Origin: an uncultured bacterium
GTDB lineage: Bacteria > Poribacteria > DTPJ01
DNA: 64,000 nt
Direction: 5' to 3'
NCBI GenBank assembly: GCA_964564735.1
Contig: CAZMCH010000003.1
Span: forward strand, 32,006-96,005
A program made the position numbers and the translations under genes. The notes under the pieces were generated by a model. That model did no database searches. It was not told the origin of the DNA and saw only the letters and a list, made by a program, of their open reading frames with translations. Shown here one piece after another: positions 20,610-31,037 of the stretch (its first letter is position 1; every line of letters starts with the position of its first letter).

Positions 20610-20983
20610 AAATCCATCATTTAGGTATGGCTGTTAGAAATATAGAAAAAGCATTAGAACAGCTTGATATATTAGGAAATGTCTCGGAAGTTTACACCGA
20701 TTATATTCAAAAAGTTAAGATTGCTTTTGTTTCTAGCGTTCCTGCGATTGAGTTTATGGAGACTCTTGATGAAGATTCGCCTGTAAATGGTTTTCTGAAA
20801 AAAGGAATATCTATATATCATATATGTTATAGTGTAAATAAATTAGATGATACAATTAACTTGATGAGAAAAAAAGGATTTTTACTTATATCTCATCCTA
20901 AGCCAGCAGTTGCTTTTGATAATAAAAGAATCGCATTTCTTTTTTCAAGGGATAAAGTCATGATTGAACTTGTCGAAGAATAA
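20606..20983 (+). CDS. VOC (glyoxalase/methylmalonyl-CoA epimerase-like) family protein
   Basis: 125 aa. N-terminal IHHLGMAVRNIEKA and C-terminal AFLFSRDKVMIELVE resemble methylmalonyl-CoA epimerase-type VOC proteins. TTG start overlaps the upstream stop. Confidence 0.55.
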   Translation: MKIHHLGMAVRNIEKALEQLDILGNVSEVYTDYIQKVKIAFVSSVPAIEFMETLDEDSPVNGFLKKGISIYHICYSVNKLDDTINLMRKKGFLLISHPKPAVAFDNKRIAFLFSRDKVMIELVEE

Positions 20984-21024
20984 GAAGACTAATTGATTGA
21001 ATAGCTTTTCCAAAAAATAATAAT

Positions 21025-22899
21025 ATGAATAATAAAAGACAAGATATTGATAATTTTTTGTGCAAGTCAAATTATAGTGAAGCCTTAAACACGCTATTCT
21101 CAATAATAGCTGATGAGCCATCCCTAGCAAATTATAGCTTTGCTAGCTCAAAGCTAAGGGAATTTGATCTAGCCAGTCTCAATTTTAGTCCTACAAAGAT
21201 TGCTATCCTATCATCTTTTACCATTGAGTCTGTAATCCCTTATCTGCATGTAAAGTGCTGTGAAACGAAACTTGATCCCAGATTTTATATTGGTGGCTAT
21301 AATCTTTATCAGCAAGAAATCATTAATCAGCAAAGTGGTTTATATGAATTCGATCCCGATGTTTTGATTCTTGCTATCAGGATTCATGAGCTTAGTCCGG
21401 CAATATATAATTCATATTTTGAGCTATCCCAAGAGCAGATTATTGATGAAATAAATGCTATTACAACAACGATTAATTCCTTAATTAACTCTTTCCGTAA
21501 GCAATCCAGTGCGGCAATCATACTCCACAACTTTGAAACCCCTTCCAGACCGATATTCGGAATAGCAGATTTTCGGCAACCTATTAGCCAAAAGAACTGC
21601 ATTTACAAAATAAACATGGCTATTGAGGAAATAGCAAAAAAATCTGAAGGAGTTTATATACTAGACTATGACGGTCTAACATCAATATATGGAAAACAAA
21701 CATGGCAAGACGATAAAATGTGGCTACTGGCAAAAATGCCAATTGCTGGAAAGAATTGGATTCATCTTGCTAATGAATATATGGCATATTTAAAGCCATT
21801 AAAAGGTTTAAACAAGAAATGCTTGGTTTTAGATTTGGACAATACTCTCTGGGGAGGTATTATTGGTGAAGATGGTATTGATGGAATAAAACTTGGTCAT
21901 ACATATCCTGGCAACATATACATGGAGTTTCAAAAAGAAATATTAAAGTTATATAATAGAGGCATAATCTTAGCTATAAATAGCAAAAATAACAAGGAGG
22001 ATGCTCTGAAAGTATTTGAAAAGCATCCAAATATGATCCTCAAAAAAAATCATATTGCTAGCTGGCGTGTAAATTGGCAGGATAAATCCCAAAATATGAG
22101 AGAGATGGCAGAAGAATTAAATATTGGCTTAGATAGCATTGTATTTATGGATGACTCACCTGTCGAAAGAGAGAAAATGAAGATGAATCTGCCAGAAGTT
22201 CTTACTATTGATATGCCAAATGACCCAACTCAGTATTGCACCGTATTAAAGAAAATTATAGACTTTGAAAGTTTGATTCTTTCTGAAGAAGATAAAAAAA
22301 GAGGAGAAATTTATCGCGCACAAATTGAAAGAAATAACTTTCAAAAGAATTCCGCTTCATTGGAGGATTTTTATAGGAATTTGGATATGGTTGCTTTAAT
22401 CAATTTGGCTGACTCTCATTCTATTCCAAGAATATCACAATTGACTCAGAGAACAAACCAGTTTAATTTGACAACTAAAAGATATAGTGAAAGTGAGATT
22501 CGATATTTTGTGGATTCCCAAGATTACCTTGTCTTTTATCTGCAATTAATTGATAGGTTTGGTGATAATGGTATTGTTGGTTCAGCTATTCTTAAAATGA
22601 TAAATGAATCAGAATGGGAAATAGATTCCTATCTTCTAAGTTGTAGAATTCTAGGAAGAATGGTGGAAACAGCTTTTTTATCTTTTTTGGTGGGAGTTGT
22701 CAAAGCAAGAAGAGCAAAGAAACTATATGGTGTTTATATTCCAACAAAGAAGAACCAGCTTGCTAAAAATTTTTTTGAATCCAATAAATTTATTATTGTA
22801 GAAAAATCACCTCAGCAAAATAAATATCTATTTGATGTGGAAAATCAAAATATTGAATTCCCTAAATGGATCAAATTGGAGACCAAATATGAAAAATAA
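21025..22899 (+). CDS. FkbH-like HAD-IIIC phosphatase/acyl-loader with C-terminal GNAT-like domain
   Basis: 624 aa. Diagnostic LVLDLDNTLWGGIIGEDGIDGIKLG (HAD-IIIC DxDxT). FMDDSPVERE. C-terminal GDNGIVGSAIL...LLSCRILGR. Confidence 0.8.
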   Translation: MNNKRQDIDNFLCKSNYSEALNTLFSIIADEPSLANYSFASSKLREFDLASLNFSPTKIAILSSFTIESVIPYLHVKCCETKLDPRFYIGGYNLYQQEIINQQSGLYEFDPDVLILAIRIHELSPAIYNSYFELSQEQIIDEINAITTTINSLINSFRKQSSAAIILHNFETPSRPIFGIADFRQPISQKNCIYKINMAIEEIAKKSEGVYILDYDGLTSIYGKQTWQDDKMWLLAKMPIAGKNWIHLANEYMAYLKPLKGLNKKCLVLDLDNTLWGGIIGEDGIDGIKLGHTYPGNIYMEFQKEILKLYNRGIILAINSKNNKEDALKVFEKHPNMILKKNHIASWRVNWQDKSQNMREMAEELNIGLDSIVFMDDSPVEREKMKMNLPEVLTIDMPNDPTQYCTVLKKIIDFESLILSEEDKKRGEIYRAQIERNNFQKNSASLEDFYRNLDMVALINLADSHSIPRISQLTQRTNQFNLTTKRYSESEIRYFVDSQDYLVFYLQLIDRFGDNGIVGSAILKMINESEWEIDSYLLSCRILGRMVETAFLSFLVGVVKARRAKKLYGVYIPTKKNQLAKNFFESNKFIIVEKSPQQNKYLFDVENQNIEFPKWIKLETKYEK

Positions 22900-23131
22900 T
22901 GATATAATTGCTAAGCTAAAGACTCTTTTTGCCGATATTTTTGAAATTTCAGAAGACGAAATAAATGATAAATCTTCTCCTGAAACAATAGAAAAATGGG
23001 ATTCTTTCCAACATTTACAGCTTATATTGGCATTAGAAGAAGCTTTTCAAATATCATTAACGGCTGATGAAGTTACTGAAATTCAGTCTTTTGAATATAT
23101 TAAGAACCTATTAATAGAAAGATTACAATAA
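22889..23131 (+). CDS. Acyl carrier protein (phosphopantetheine attachment Ser in WDSFQHLQL)
   Basis: 80 aa from the ATG at 22889, in frame with listed ORF 22832..23131 and overlapping the FkbH stop by 11 nt. Shows the DS-x4-L carrier protein motif and helix-rich acidic sequence. Confidence 0.7.
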   Translation: MKNNDIIAKLKTLFADIFEISEDEINDKSSPETIEKWDSFQHLQLILALEEAFQISLTADEVTEIQSFEYIKNLLIERLQ

Positions 23132-23180
23132 GACAAGTGTAGAATTGGATATATTATTTTGAACATATAAACATAGTGTC

Positions 23181-24971
23181 ATGAATTTAAAAAATATTCT
23201 TATAGATGAAAGATTCATATTATTTTTGATTATTATATTTCCATTGCTGTTTATATGGCAGGGATTGGATTTTACGGATATAGGTTTTTTTATAACAAAT
23301 TATCAGCAAGTATTCAATGAACCAGAAAGCACCAGCTATGGTTATGTCAATTGGCTAACATATCTCATTGGTGGAATTTGGGTCTTTCTGTTTGGTGATT
23401 CATTAGGATTGTTAGGGGTTAATTTTGCTGGTGTCCTCATTGTCTATATGACAGTTACCATCTCATATTTCGTCTTTAAACCTTATTTTGAACGTAAATA
23501 TCTTTTAATAGGCTTGCTTTTTGCAATAATATTCACAAAGTTTTTTTATCTTATAGATTATAATAGCTTAACATCCCTTTTCTTTGTAGCATCAGCACTG
23601 TTTTTAACTAACGGATTAAGAAATAATAAATATTGGCAGATTTTATTTTCAGGACTTGTATTAGGGTTAAGCATATTTATTAGATTCCCTAATATTTTGG
23701 GATTTTCATTAATACTTGGTATTTTTTTCTATGGATACCTTAATAAGACAGAAACAAAAATTTTAATTAGTCAGACAGCCATTTTTGTATTAGGATATAT
23801 ATTAGCAATAATATTTTCCATAGTAATCATCAAGCTTTTTGGTCATTATGATTTATACATAAATGACTTAAAAGCCATTTTAGGTATTACGAACAAATCA
23901 GGAGACCATCACAACTTAACAAGACTTTTTACATACTATTATAAAGATTATATAAGATTAATATGGCTTATTGTTATATTTATTATAGTGAATTATGCTA
24001 TTTCCAAAGCACTTGCGCGATTTGATAATAAATATATTTATATCGGAATTGGTCTAATATTAGCTTTTATTTCTAGTTTTATAGCAATTGTATTCCCAGG
24101 GCATTTGTATTACTATCGAACTCACTTGGCATTTGTCTTTGTTACTGGTATTTTCTATATTATATTGCTAGCTTATATTACCAATATGGAAAAAAGCACT
24201 AATCATTTTAGGCTTGTATGTTTTTCTGCATTAATAATTCTTATCATTACTCCATTAGGATCAAATCTTGGTTTGCTCAAAGTTGTTTATGGTATGTGGC
24301 TACCAATGCCAATTGCATTTGTGTATGTTCTTAAATTGAAAGAAATAAATATAAATATAAGGACAATTACCGATTCATCATCAAACCAATCTAGCTTTAT
24401 ACTAGACTCAAGAGCAACTCAAGTATCTAAAAAACTTGCAATTACATTTTTTATTATCTTGGCACTGGTCTTTGCATTTTTAAGCACTAATGAAGATAGT
24501 GGTAATCGTTTTGAAATGAGATATTCTATAAATCATCCAAGACTAAAAGGAATTTTCACTACAAAAGAGAGAGCTATCATAATACAAGAGCTATTAGATG
24601 AGTTGCAACTTTGGGTAAAAGAAGATGATTACTTGCTGACATACGAAGAAATGGCAATGCCATACTTTTTAACAAAAACAAAGCCTTATCTCTATTGTCC
24701 TCAGCCATATCTCTATAATGAATATGTATTTAGACAAAAGCTAGAAACCGCAATAAAAGAAAGACCATATCTGCCAGTAGTTGTCAGGGGCAAATCAGAT
24801 GTTTGGAATCCAAGATGGCCCAAGTTTAGCATATTCTATACCGCAAGTGATAGAAAAAAAGGAAAAATGGGTATTTTAGAGGAATTTATACAGAAAAATC
24901 AATATTATATTGCATGGGAAAATGATTTTTTTGAGATTCTAGTCAATCCTGATAAAAAACAGATAAAATAA
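23181..24971 (+). CDS. GT-C-like polytopic membrane protein (ArnT/PMT-like, putative), intact paralog of 16433..18209
   Basis: 596 aa, more than 10 TM segments plus a soluble C-terminal domain of about 130 aa. Shares PLLFIWQGLDF.D.G...YQQVFNEPES.SY, FGDSLGLLG.NFAGVLI and IFIRFPNILGF with the broken paralog. Confidence 0.5.
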   Translation: MNLKNILIDERFILFLIIIFPLLFIWQGLDFTDIGFFITNYQQVFNEPESTSYGYVNWLTYLIGGIWVFLFGDSLGLLGVNFAGVLIVYMTVTISYFVFKPYFERKYLLIGLLFAIIFTKFFYLIDYNSLTSLFFVASALFLTNGLRNNKYWQILFSGLVLGLSIFIRFPNILGFSLILGIFFYGYLNKTETKILISQTAIFVLGYILAIIFSIVIIKLFGHYDLYINDLKAILGITNKSGDHHNLTRLFTYYYKDYIRLIWLIVIFIIVNYAISKALARFDNKYIYIGIGLILAFISSFIAIVFPGHLYYYRTHLAFVFVTGIFYIILLAYITNMEKSTNHFRLVCFSALIILIITPLGSNLGLLKVVYGMWLPMPIAFVYVLKLKEININIRTITDSSSNQSSFILDSRATQVSKKLAITFFIILALVFAFLSTNEDSGNRFEMRYSINHPRLKGIFTTKERAIIIQELLDELQLWVKEDDYLLTYEEMAMPYFLTKTKPYLYCPQPYLYNEYVFRQKLETAIKERPYLPVVVRGKSDVWNPRWPKFSIFYTASDRKKGKMGILEEFIQKNQYYIAWENDFFEILVNPDKKQIK

Positions 24972-24989
24972 AAATATTAGGGTAAAAGC

Positions 24990-26183
24990 GTGTTAGAACA
25001 TATCCTCATGATTCATAACTTTTATCAGTCACATGCTCCAAGTGGAGAAGATGCTGTATTTCGTGAAGATGAAAAGCTACTTAGGGCAAAAGGACACAAG
25101 ATAACTCTATTTACAAAGTATAGTGATTCCATAAATGAATTTTCTGCCCTAAAAAAAATGGCTTTAGCATGGAAAATAACTTGGTCAAGAGAATCATATA
25201 CGAAATTAGATAAACTGATAAAGCAAAACAAGCCTGACATTGCGCATATATGCAATACTTTTCCGCTTATAAGCCCGTCTGTATATTATGTCTGTCATAA
25301 ACACGGTATTCCTGTTGTCCAAACTGTGCAAAACTATCGCCTATTTTGTGCAAATGGTATATTATTTCGTGAAAATAAAGTTTGTGAGGAATGCTTGGGA
25401 CATAATAAAACTCGTGCATTAAGTCATGGATGCTATCGAAATTCACGACTTCAAACTTTTCCACTTACTTTTATGCAACAGTTTCACAAATGGATTGGAA
25501 CTTGGTCAAGATTTGTTGATATATATATTCCCGCAACTGAATTCTCACGTCAAAAACTTATCGAAGGTGGATTGCCTCCTGAACGTATAGAAGTAAAGCC
25601 CAATTTCTTTTTGGATATGCCAGAACCATCCTATAAACATAATAATTATGTTGTTTTTTTGGGCAGGCTTTCAATCGAAAAGGGATTAAGAACATTATTA
25701 AATGCGTGGAAATACTTAAATGAAATACCATTAAAAATTGTAGGGGATGGTATTTTAAGAGAAGAAATAGAAAATACTATAAAAAGCATGAATAACCCTA
25801 ATATTGAATTTTTGGGATTTCGACCTCATGAAAAGTGTTTGGAAATACTAAAATATGCAAAATTTATGGTAATGCCATCTGAATGGTATGAAGGCTTCCC
25901 AATGACTATTAGAGAGGCATTTGCTTATGGCAAACCTGTTATTGCATCTCGTATGGGAGCTATGGCAGAAATCGTTACCGATAGCAAAACAGGATTGTTA
26001 TTTGAAACTGGAAATCCTCATGATCTTGCAGAAAAAGTTAAATGGTTATATGAACATGAAGATCATGTTGTTGATATGGGGAAAAATGCACGTAGTGAAT
26101 TTGAAGAAAAATACACCGCAGAAAAAAATTATGAGATATTAATGAAGATATACGAAAAAGCAATAAGGATACATAAGAAATAA
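24990..26183 (+). CDS. Glycosyltransferase family 4
   Basis: 397 aa. GRLSIEKGLRTLL ... FMVMPSEWYEGFPMTIREAFAYGKPVIASRMG. GTG start. Confidence 0.8.
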   Translation: MLEHILMIHNFYQSHAPSGEDAVFREDEKLLRAKGHKITLFTKYSDSINEFSALKKMALAWKITWSRESYTKLDKLIKQNKPDIAHICNTFPLISPSVYYVCHKHGIPVVQTVQNYRLFCANGILFRENKVCEECLGHNKTRALSHGCYRNSRLQTFPLTFMQQFHKWIGTWSRFVDIYIPATEFSRQKLIEGGLPPERIEVKPNFFLDMPEPSYKHNNYVVFLGRLSIEKGLRTLLNAWKYLNEIPLKIVGDGILREEIENTIKSMNNPNIEFLGFRPHEKCLEILKYAKFMVMPSEWYEGFPMTIREAFAYGKPVIASRMGAMAEIVTDSKTGLLFETGNPHDLAEKVKWLYEHEDHVVDMGKNARSEFEEKYTAEKNYEILMKIYEKAIRIHKK

Positions 26184-26184
26184 T

Positions 26185-26949
26185 ATGTCAAAAGAAATAA
26201 AAAAAATAGATATGCTTGGCATAGGTATTAGTGAAATAGGAATGGATGATGCCTTGAGAGAAATAGAAAATCATATAATATCTAAAAAGCCAATATATAT
26301 ATGTATATGCCCAAACCACACAATAATGGAAAGTCAAAAAAATCGCATACTAAAAGAAATTGTTAATTCTGCATATATAGCGACTCCTGATGGAATGTCA
26401 GTTGTATGGGCGGCTAAAATATTAGGACATAAACAAATTGAGCAAGTATGCGGAACAGACCTTATGCTTAGGCTTAGTGCCTTATCCGCAGAAAAAGGCT
26501 ATACCAATTTTTATTATGGAGGCGCCAACGGCGTTCCTGAAAAGCTATCTGAAAAACTATCTAATCAATTTCCTAACCTAAAAGTAATAGGAAAATATTT
26601 CCCGCCATTTAGGTCTTTAACAATCTCAGAAAAAAATGAGGTGATTAGTATGATTAATAGTATTAAACCAGATATACTGTGGGTTGGGTTAGGAATGCCA
26701 AAGCAGGAATTATGGATGGGTGAATATTATGGTAAATTAGATGTTTCTGTTATGATCGGTGTTGGGGCTGCATTTGATTTTCTTTCTGGAAATAAAAAAC
26801 GAGCTCCAAAATGGATGCAAAAGGTTGGTCTGGAGTGGCTATTTCGACTGATAAAAGAGCCTCGAAGGCTTTGGAAAAGAAATCTCTATCATCCATTATT
26901 CTTGTTTAGGATTATAATGCAAAAACTAAAGATGATACATCTGCATTAA
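26185..26949 (+). CDS. WecB/TagA/CpsF family glycosyltransferase (GT26)
   Basis: 254 aa. Motifs TPDGMSVVWA, LWVGLGMPKQELWM and GVGAAFDFLSG are diagnostic for GT26. Confidence 0.8.
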   Translation: MSKEIKKIDMLGIGISEIGMDDALREIENHIISKKPIYICICPNHTIMESQKNRILKEIVNSAYIATPDGMSVVWAAKILGHKQIEQVCGTDLMLRLSALSAEKGYTNFYYGGANGVPEKLSEKLSNQFPNLKVIGKYFPPFRSLTISEKNEVISMINSIKPDILWVGLGMPKQELWMGEYYGKLDVSVMIGVGAAFDFLSGNKKRAPKWMQKVGLEWLFRLIKEPRRLWKRNLYHPLFLFRIIMQKLKMIHLH

Positions 26950-27007
26950 AAATTGATATATATCAAAAGGAAAATCAAATGGTGCTTATTTGGAAGTATT
27001 GGATTAC

Positions 27008-27658
27008 CTGATTCACCGTCAGTTTTTTTACACTTCATAGAAACACGCATTATCTAATGTCCAGAACGGATCAAGCCTGAAATGAATCCAAGAATCTCGC
27101 AGTTTTTCTTTAATTATACGTATCAATGAGAACCCCTTTCTGTAATAGCTTGAACATCTGTAAACTGACTTCTCATATAGAATCAGTATCATACCCATAC
27201 TGATTATCACCAATAAAAATAGCAACTCAAACCTGTCTTGCTCTGTGTCCTTTAACACTAATTCCTTGAACTCAAACAACGATTTAAGGTCCCTGAAACT
27301 TTCTTCTATCTGCGTTCTTTTCTTGTAAAGCAAACTCAGAGTATCATCTATACTAGACACTACAAAGTATGGTTCATCTTCGTCTGATGGATTCACAGAG
27401 CAAGATTGGAACAATAGAGATTAACCTTTATCTGCTTTTTGATATGATAATATATATCCTTGAAATATTCTTGGATTTTTTGTATCCTTTTATCAGGATT
27501 AATTTTTTCTTCATAGCATATCCTCCATACTTTTATGGTAAAATAAATAGTAAAATAAAAGGATATGTTATTTTTTGCCTATTTTCAATACTTTCTTACA
27601 TATTCACATCTCAAAACATTGCAGTATCTTTGTCTTATAAAAACTGAGGGTGAATCAG
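27008..27658 (-). mobile_element. Defective IS4-like insertion sequence remnant (651 bp) with 20-bp terminal inverted repeats
   Basis: CTGATTCACCGTCAGTTTTT at 27008-27027 matches the reverse complement of 27639-27658 (CTGATTCACCCTCAGTTTTT) at 19/20. The interior holds only the C-terminal part of a DDE transposase. Confidence 0.6.
27028..27414 (-). pseudogene. IS4-family DDE transposase, C-terminal fragment
   Basis: 128 aa with YKKRTQIEESFRDLKSLF (the Y-2-R-3-E-6-K signature carrying the catalytic E). Upstream sequence to about 27545 continues the homology (IYIIISKSR) but is broken by stops. The N-terminal DD region is absent. Confidence 0.6.
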
Positions 27659-27672
27659 TGCAAAATTTGCCC

Positions 27673-27701
27673 TTGACAGATTTATTCTCCTATGATATTA
27701 T
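27673..27701 (+). promoter_or_regulatory. Sigma70-type promoter upstream of rplM-rpsI
   Basis: TTGACA (27673-27678), 17-nt spacer, TATTAT (27696-27701), about 85 nt upstream of the rplM ATG. Confidence 0.5.
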
Positions 27702-27786
27702 AATTCCTTGTGTCAAAAAACTGGTTTTATGTTAATTTTGTTGTTAGTTCACTATATTTTAGCCTCTGCTTTAAAAAGGGATTTCA

Positions 27787-28215
27787 ATGAAAACGTATTT
27801 TGTAAAAGAAAATGAAATTCAAAAGAATTGGTATGTTATCAATGCAGATGGCAAAACCCTTGGAAGATTATGCACTCGTGTCGCTATGATTTTACGTGGT
27901 AAAACAAAAGTGACTTTTACGCCACATGCAGACATGGGGGATAACGTAATAATAATAAATGCAGAAAAAGTCCGTCTTACAGGCAAAAAAGCTATTAATA
28001 AGACATATTACAGACATTCTGGTTATCCCGGTGGATTAAAAGAAACAAAGTTTAGCGATATGATTAAAGACAAACCAGAGAGAGTCATTCAACATGCAGT
28101 CAAGGGTATGTTGCCACATAACAAGCTTGGAAGAGCAATCATAAAGCACCTTAAAGTTTACAGAGGTCCAGAACATCCACATCAGGCTCAACAGCCAGAG
28201 TTGCTGGAACTCTAA
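27787..28215 (+). CDS. rplM: 50S ribosomal protein L13
   Basis: 142 aa. [28 protein letters not shown]... is canonical L13. Followed by rpsI as in most bacteria. Confidence 0.95.
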   Translation: MKTYFVKENEIQKNWYVINADGKTLGRLCTRVAMILRGKTKVTFTPHADMGDNVIIINAEKVRLTGKKAINKTYYRHSGYPGGLKETKFSDMIKDKPERVIQHAVKGMLPHNKLGRAIIKHLKVYRGPEHPHQAQQPELLEL

Positions 28216-28225
28216 GGAGGGACAA

Positions 28226-28624
28226 GTGGCAGAGCTTTCGTATTATTATGGCACTGGACGCCGTAAAACTTCTACAGCTAGAGTTCGTGTTTATCCAGAA
28301 GGTAACGGAACAGTTTTAATAAATCGCAAACCAATAAACGAATATTTTAATAGACAAACAGAGATAATTTTGGCTTTGCAACCGTTTGATGTTACAGATA
28401 ACGTCAATAAATTTGATGTAAAAGTTAACGTTCGTGGTGGAGGCAAATCTGGGCAGGCTGGTGCAGTTAGGCATGGTATTGCGAGAGCATTATTGCATAT
28501 GTCGCCAGACCTTAAGCCTATACTGAAAAAAGCTGGATTACTTACTCGTGATGCACGTGAAAAGGAACGTAAGAAATACGGACAAAAGGGTGCTAGAGCA
28601 AGATTCCAGTTCTCAAAACGTTAA
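28226..28624 (+). CDS. rpsI: 30S ribosomal protein S9
   Basis: 132 aa. [22 protein letters not shown] ... ends RFQFSKR, canonical S9. GTG start after a GGAGG Shine-Dalgarno. Confidence 0.95.
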   Translation: MAELSYYYGTGRRKTSTARVRVYPEGNGTVLINRKPINEYFNRQTEIILALQPFDVTDNVNKFDVKVNVRGGGKSGQAGAVRHGIARALLHMSPDLKPILKKAGLLTRDAREKERKKYGQKGARARFQFSKR

Positions 28625-28713
28625 GATTTTTCTATTATTTTGATAATTTGGCAGACTGCTTATTATATCTAATTAAAGTGGTTCTACAAAGTTATTATAT
28701 TTCAGGATAGTGA

Positions 28714-29994
<1,281 letters not shown>

Positions 29995-30019
29995 ATTTGG
30001 GAGTTCACAATCTTTAGGG

Positions 30020-30048
30020 TTGACATAAAAGCAAAAATCGTGTATATT
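30020..30048 (+). promoter_or_regulatory. Sigma70-type promoter for the tRNA-Lys/tRNA-Glu pair
   Basis: TTGACA (30020-30025), 17 nt, TATATT (30043-30048), about 15 nt before the tRNA 5' end. Confidence 0.5.
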
Positions 30049-30063
30049 TTTAGTCTGCTTTGC

Positions 30064-30139
30064 GGGGCGTTAGCTCAGTCGGTAGAGCACCTGACTTTTA
30101 ATCAGGTTGTCGGAGGTTCGATCCCCCCACGCCTCACCA
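30064..30139 (+). tRNA. tRNA-Lys (anticodon UUU), CCA encoded
   Basis: Hand-folded cloverleaf. Acceptor GGGGCGT/ACGCCTC. D arm TAGCTCAGTCGGTAGAGC. Anticodon stem CCTGA/TCAGG with loop CTTTTAA. T arm GGAGG-TTCGATC-CCCCC (one mismatch). 3' ACCA. Confidence 0.9.
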
Positions 30140-30176
30140 TTTTTTGTAAGAAATAATACATAAAATATATTCTTGC

Positions 30177-30251
30177 GTCCCTATCGTCTAGCCTGGTCTA
30201 GGACATCGGCCTTTCAAGCCGGTAACAAGGGTTCAAATCCCTTTAGGGACG
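30177..30251 (+). tRNA. tRNA-Glu (anticodon UUC), no encoded CCA
   Basis: Acceptor GTCCCTA/TAGGGAC. Anticodon loop CTTTCAA. T arm AAGGG-TTCAAAT-CCCTT. Strong resemblance to bacterial tRNA-Glu (GTCCCxTCGTCTAG...). A T-run follows. Confidence 0.9.
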
Positions 30252-30285
30252 CTTTTTTATGTCTGCCTTCTTTTATAATAATTTA

Positions 30286-31029
30286 CTATTTATTTTCCCT
30301 TTTTTGCTTTAAAAGCCACTCATAAAGTTCAGGATTATCATAGGTTGCTGTCCATGAATCGTGATCTGCCTCTGGATAAATAGTAAATTGAACATTTCCT
30401 CCCGCTTCTTTTAGGGCATTAACCATTTTTTCAGACTGAGCAAGTGGAACGACACTATCTTTTGCACCATGAAATACCCAAATAGGAACATCCTTCAAAA
30501 CAGCGACTTTCTTCTCATCCCCACCACCACATATAGGAACGATAGCGGCGAATTTATTGGGATATGCAATACCCAATGCCCATGAACCATATCCACCCAT
30601 GCTCAGACCCGTCAAATAGACTCTATCAGGGTCAACTTCATATTTTGCAACTATCTCGTCCAACAAGGCTTTCAGAGCATCTGTATCCCACCATGAATCT
30701 TCAGGACATTGAGGCGAAACCGCTATGAATGGAAAATCATCCTTTTGTTCAACTATCTTTGGGATACCATGTATTTTTACTTTTTCTAGATCATCTCCTC
30801 TTTCGCCTGCACCATGAAGGAACATTATAAGGGGAAATTTCTGTTCTTTATCTTTACCATAATCTTTTGGTAAATAAAGCAAGTAGTTTAGCTTTACTGT
30901 TTTAACAACCTGAGTTTCAAATGACATTGATTTTTGTTTACTTGGCACTTTTTCACCTTCCTCTGCATAAGCTATCAATAAAGGACACAATAAAAAGACC
31001 ATTGAAAGCACAATAACCGAAATTTTCAT
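30286..31029 (-). CDS. Secreted alpha/beta-hydrolase (carboxylesterase/PHB-depolymerase-like esterase)
   Basis: Signal peptide MKISVIVLSMVFLLCPLLIAYA. FLHGAGERG. Nucleophile elbow GLSMGG. C-terminal D and H (ADHDSW). Start taken at the ATG after GAGGTG (the listed ORF starts 4 codons earlier). Confidence 0.7.
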   Translation of the reverse strand: MKISVIVLSMVFLLCPLLIAYAEEGEKVPSKQKSMSFETQVVKTVKLNYLLYLPKDYGKDKEQKFPLIMFLHGAGERGDDLEKVKIHGIPKIVEQKDDFPFIAVSPQCPEDSWWDTDALKALLDEIVAKYEVDPDRVYLTGLSMGGYGSWALGIAYPNKFAAIVPICGGGDEKKVAVLKDVPIWVFHGAKDSVVPLAQSEKMVNALKEAGGNVQFTIYPEADHDSWTATYDNPELYEWLLKQKRENK

Positions 31030-31037
31030 ATCACACC

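Noticed and set aside
22832-22888. The longer N-terminus of the ACP ORF as listed (start at 22832).
   Set aside because: It would overlap the FkbH-like gene by 68 nt. The ATG at 22889 gives a standard 80-aa carrier protein with the typical N-terminal helix.
27369-27647. The listed plus-strand ORF (92 aa) lies between the glycan locus and rplM.
   Set aside because: It lies inside the defective IS on the strand opposite the transposase remnant, and is low-complexity, Ile/Phe/Tyr-rich and without a Shine-Dalgarno. It is judged spurious.
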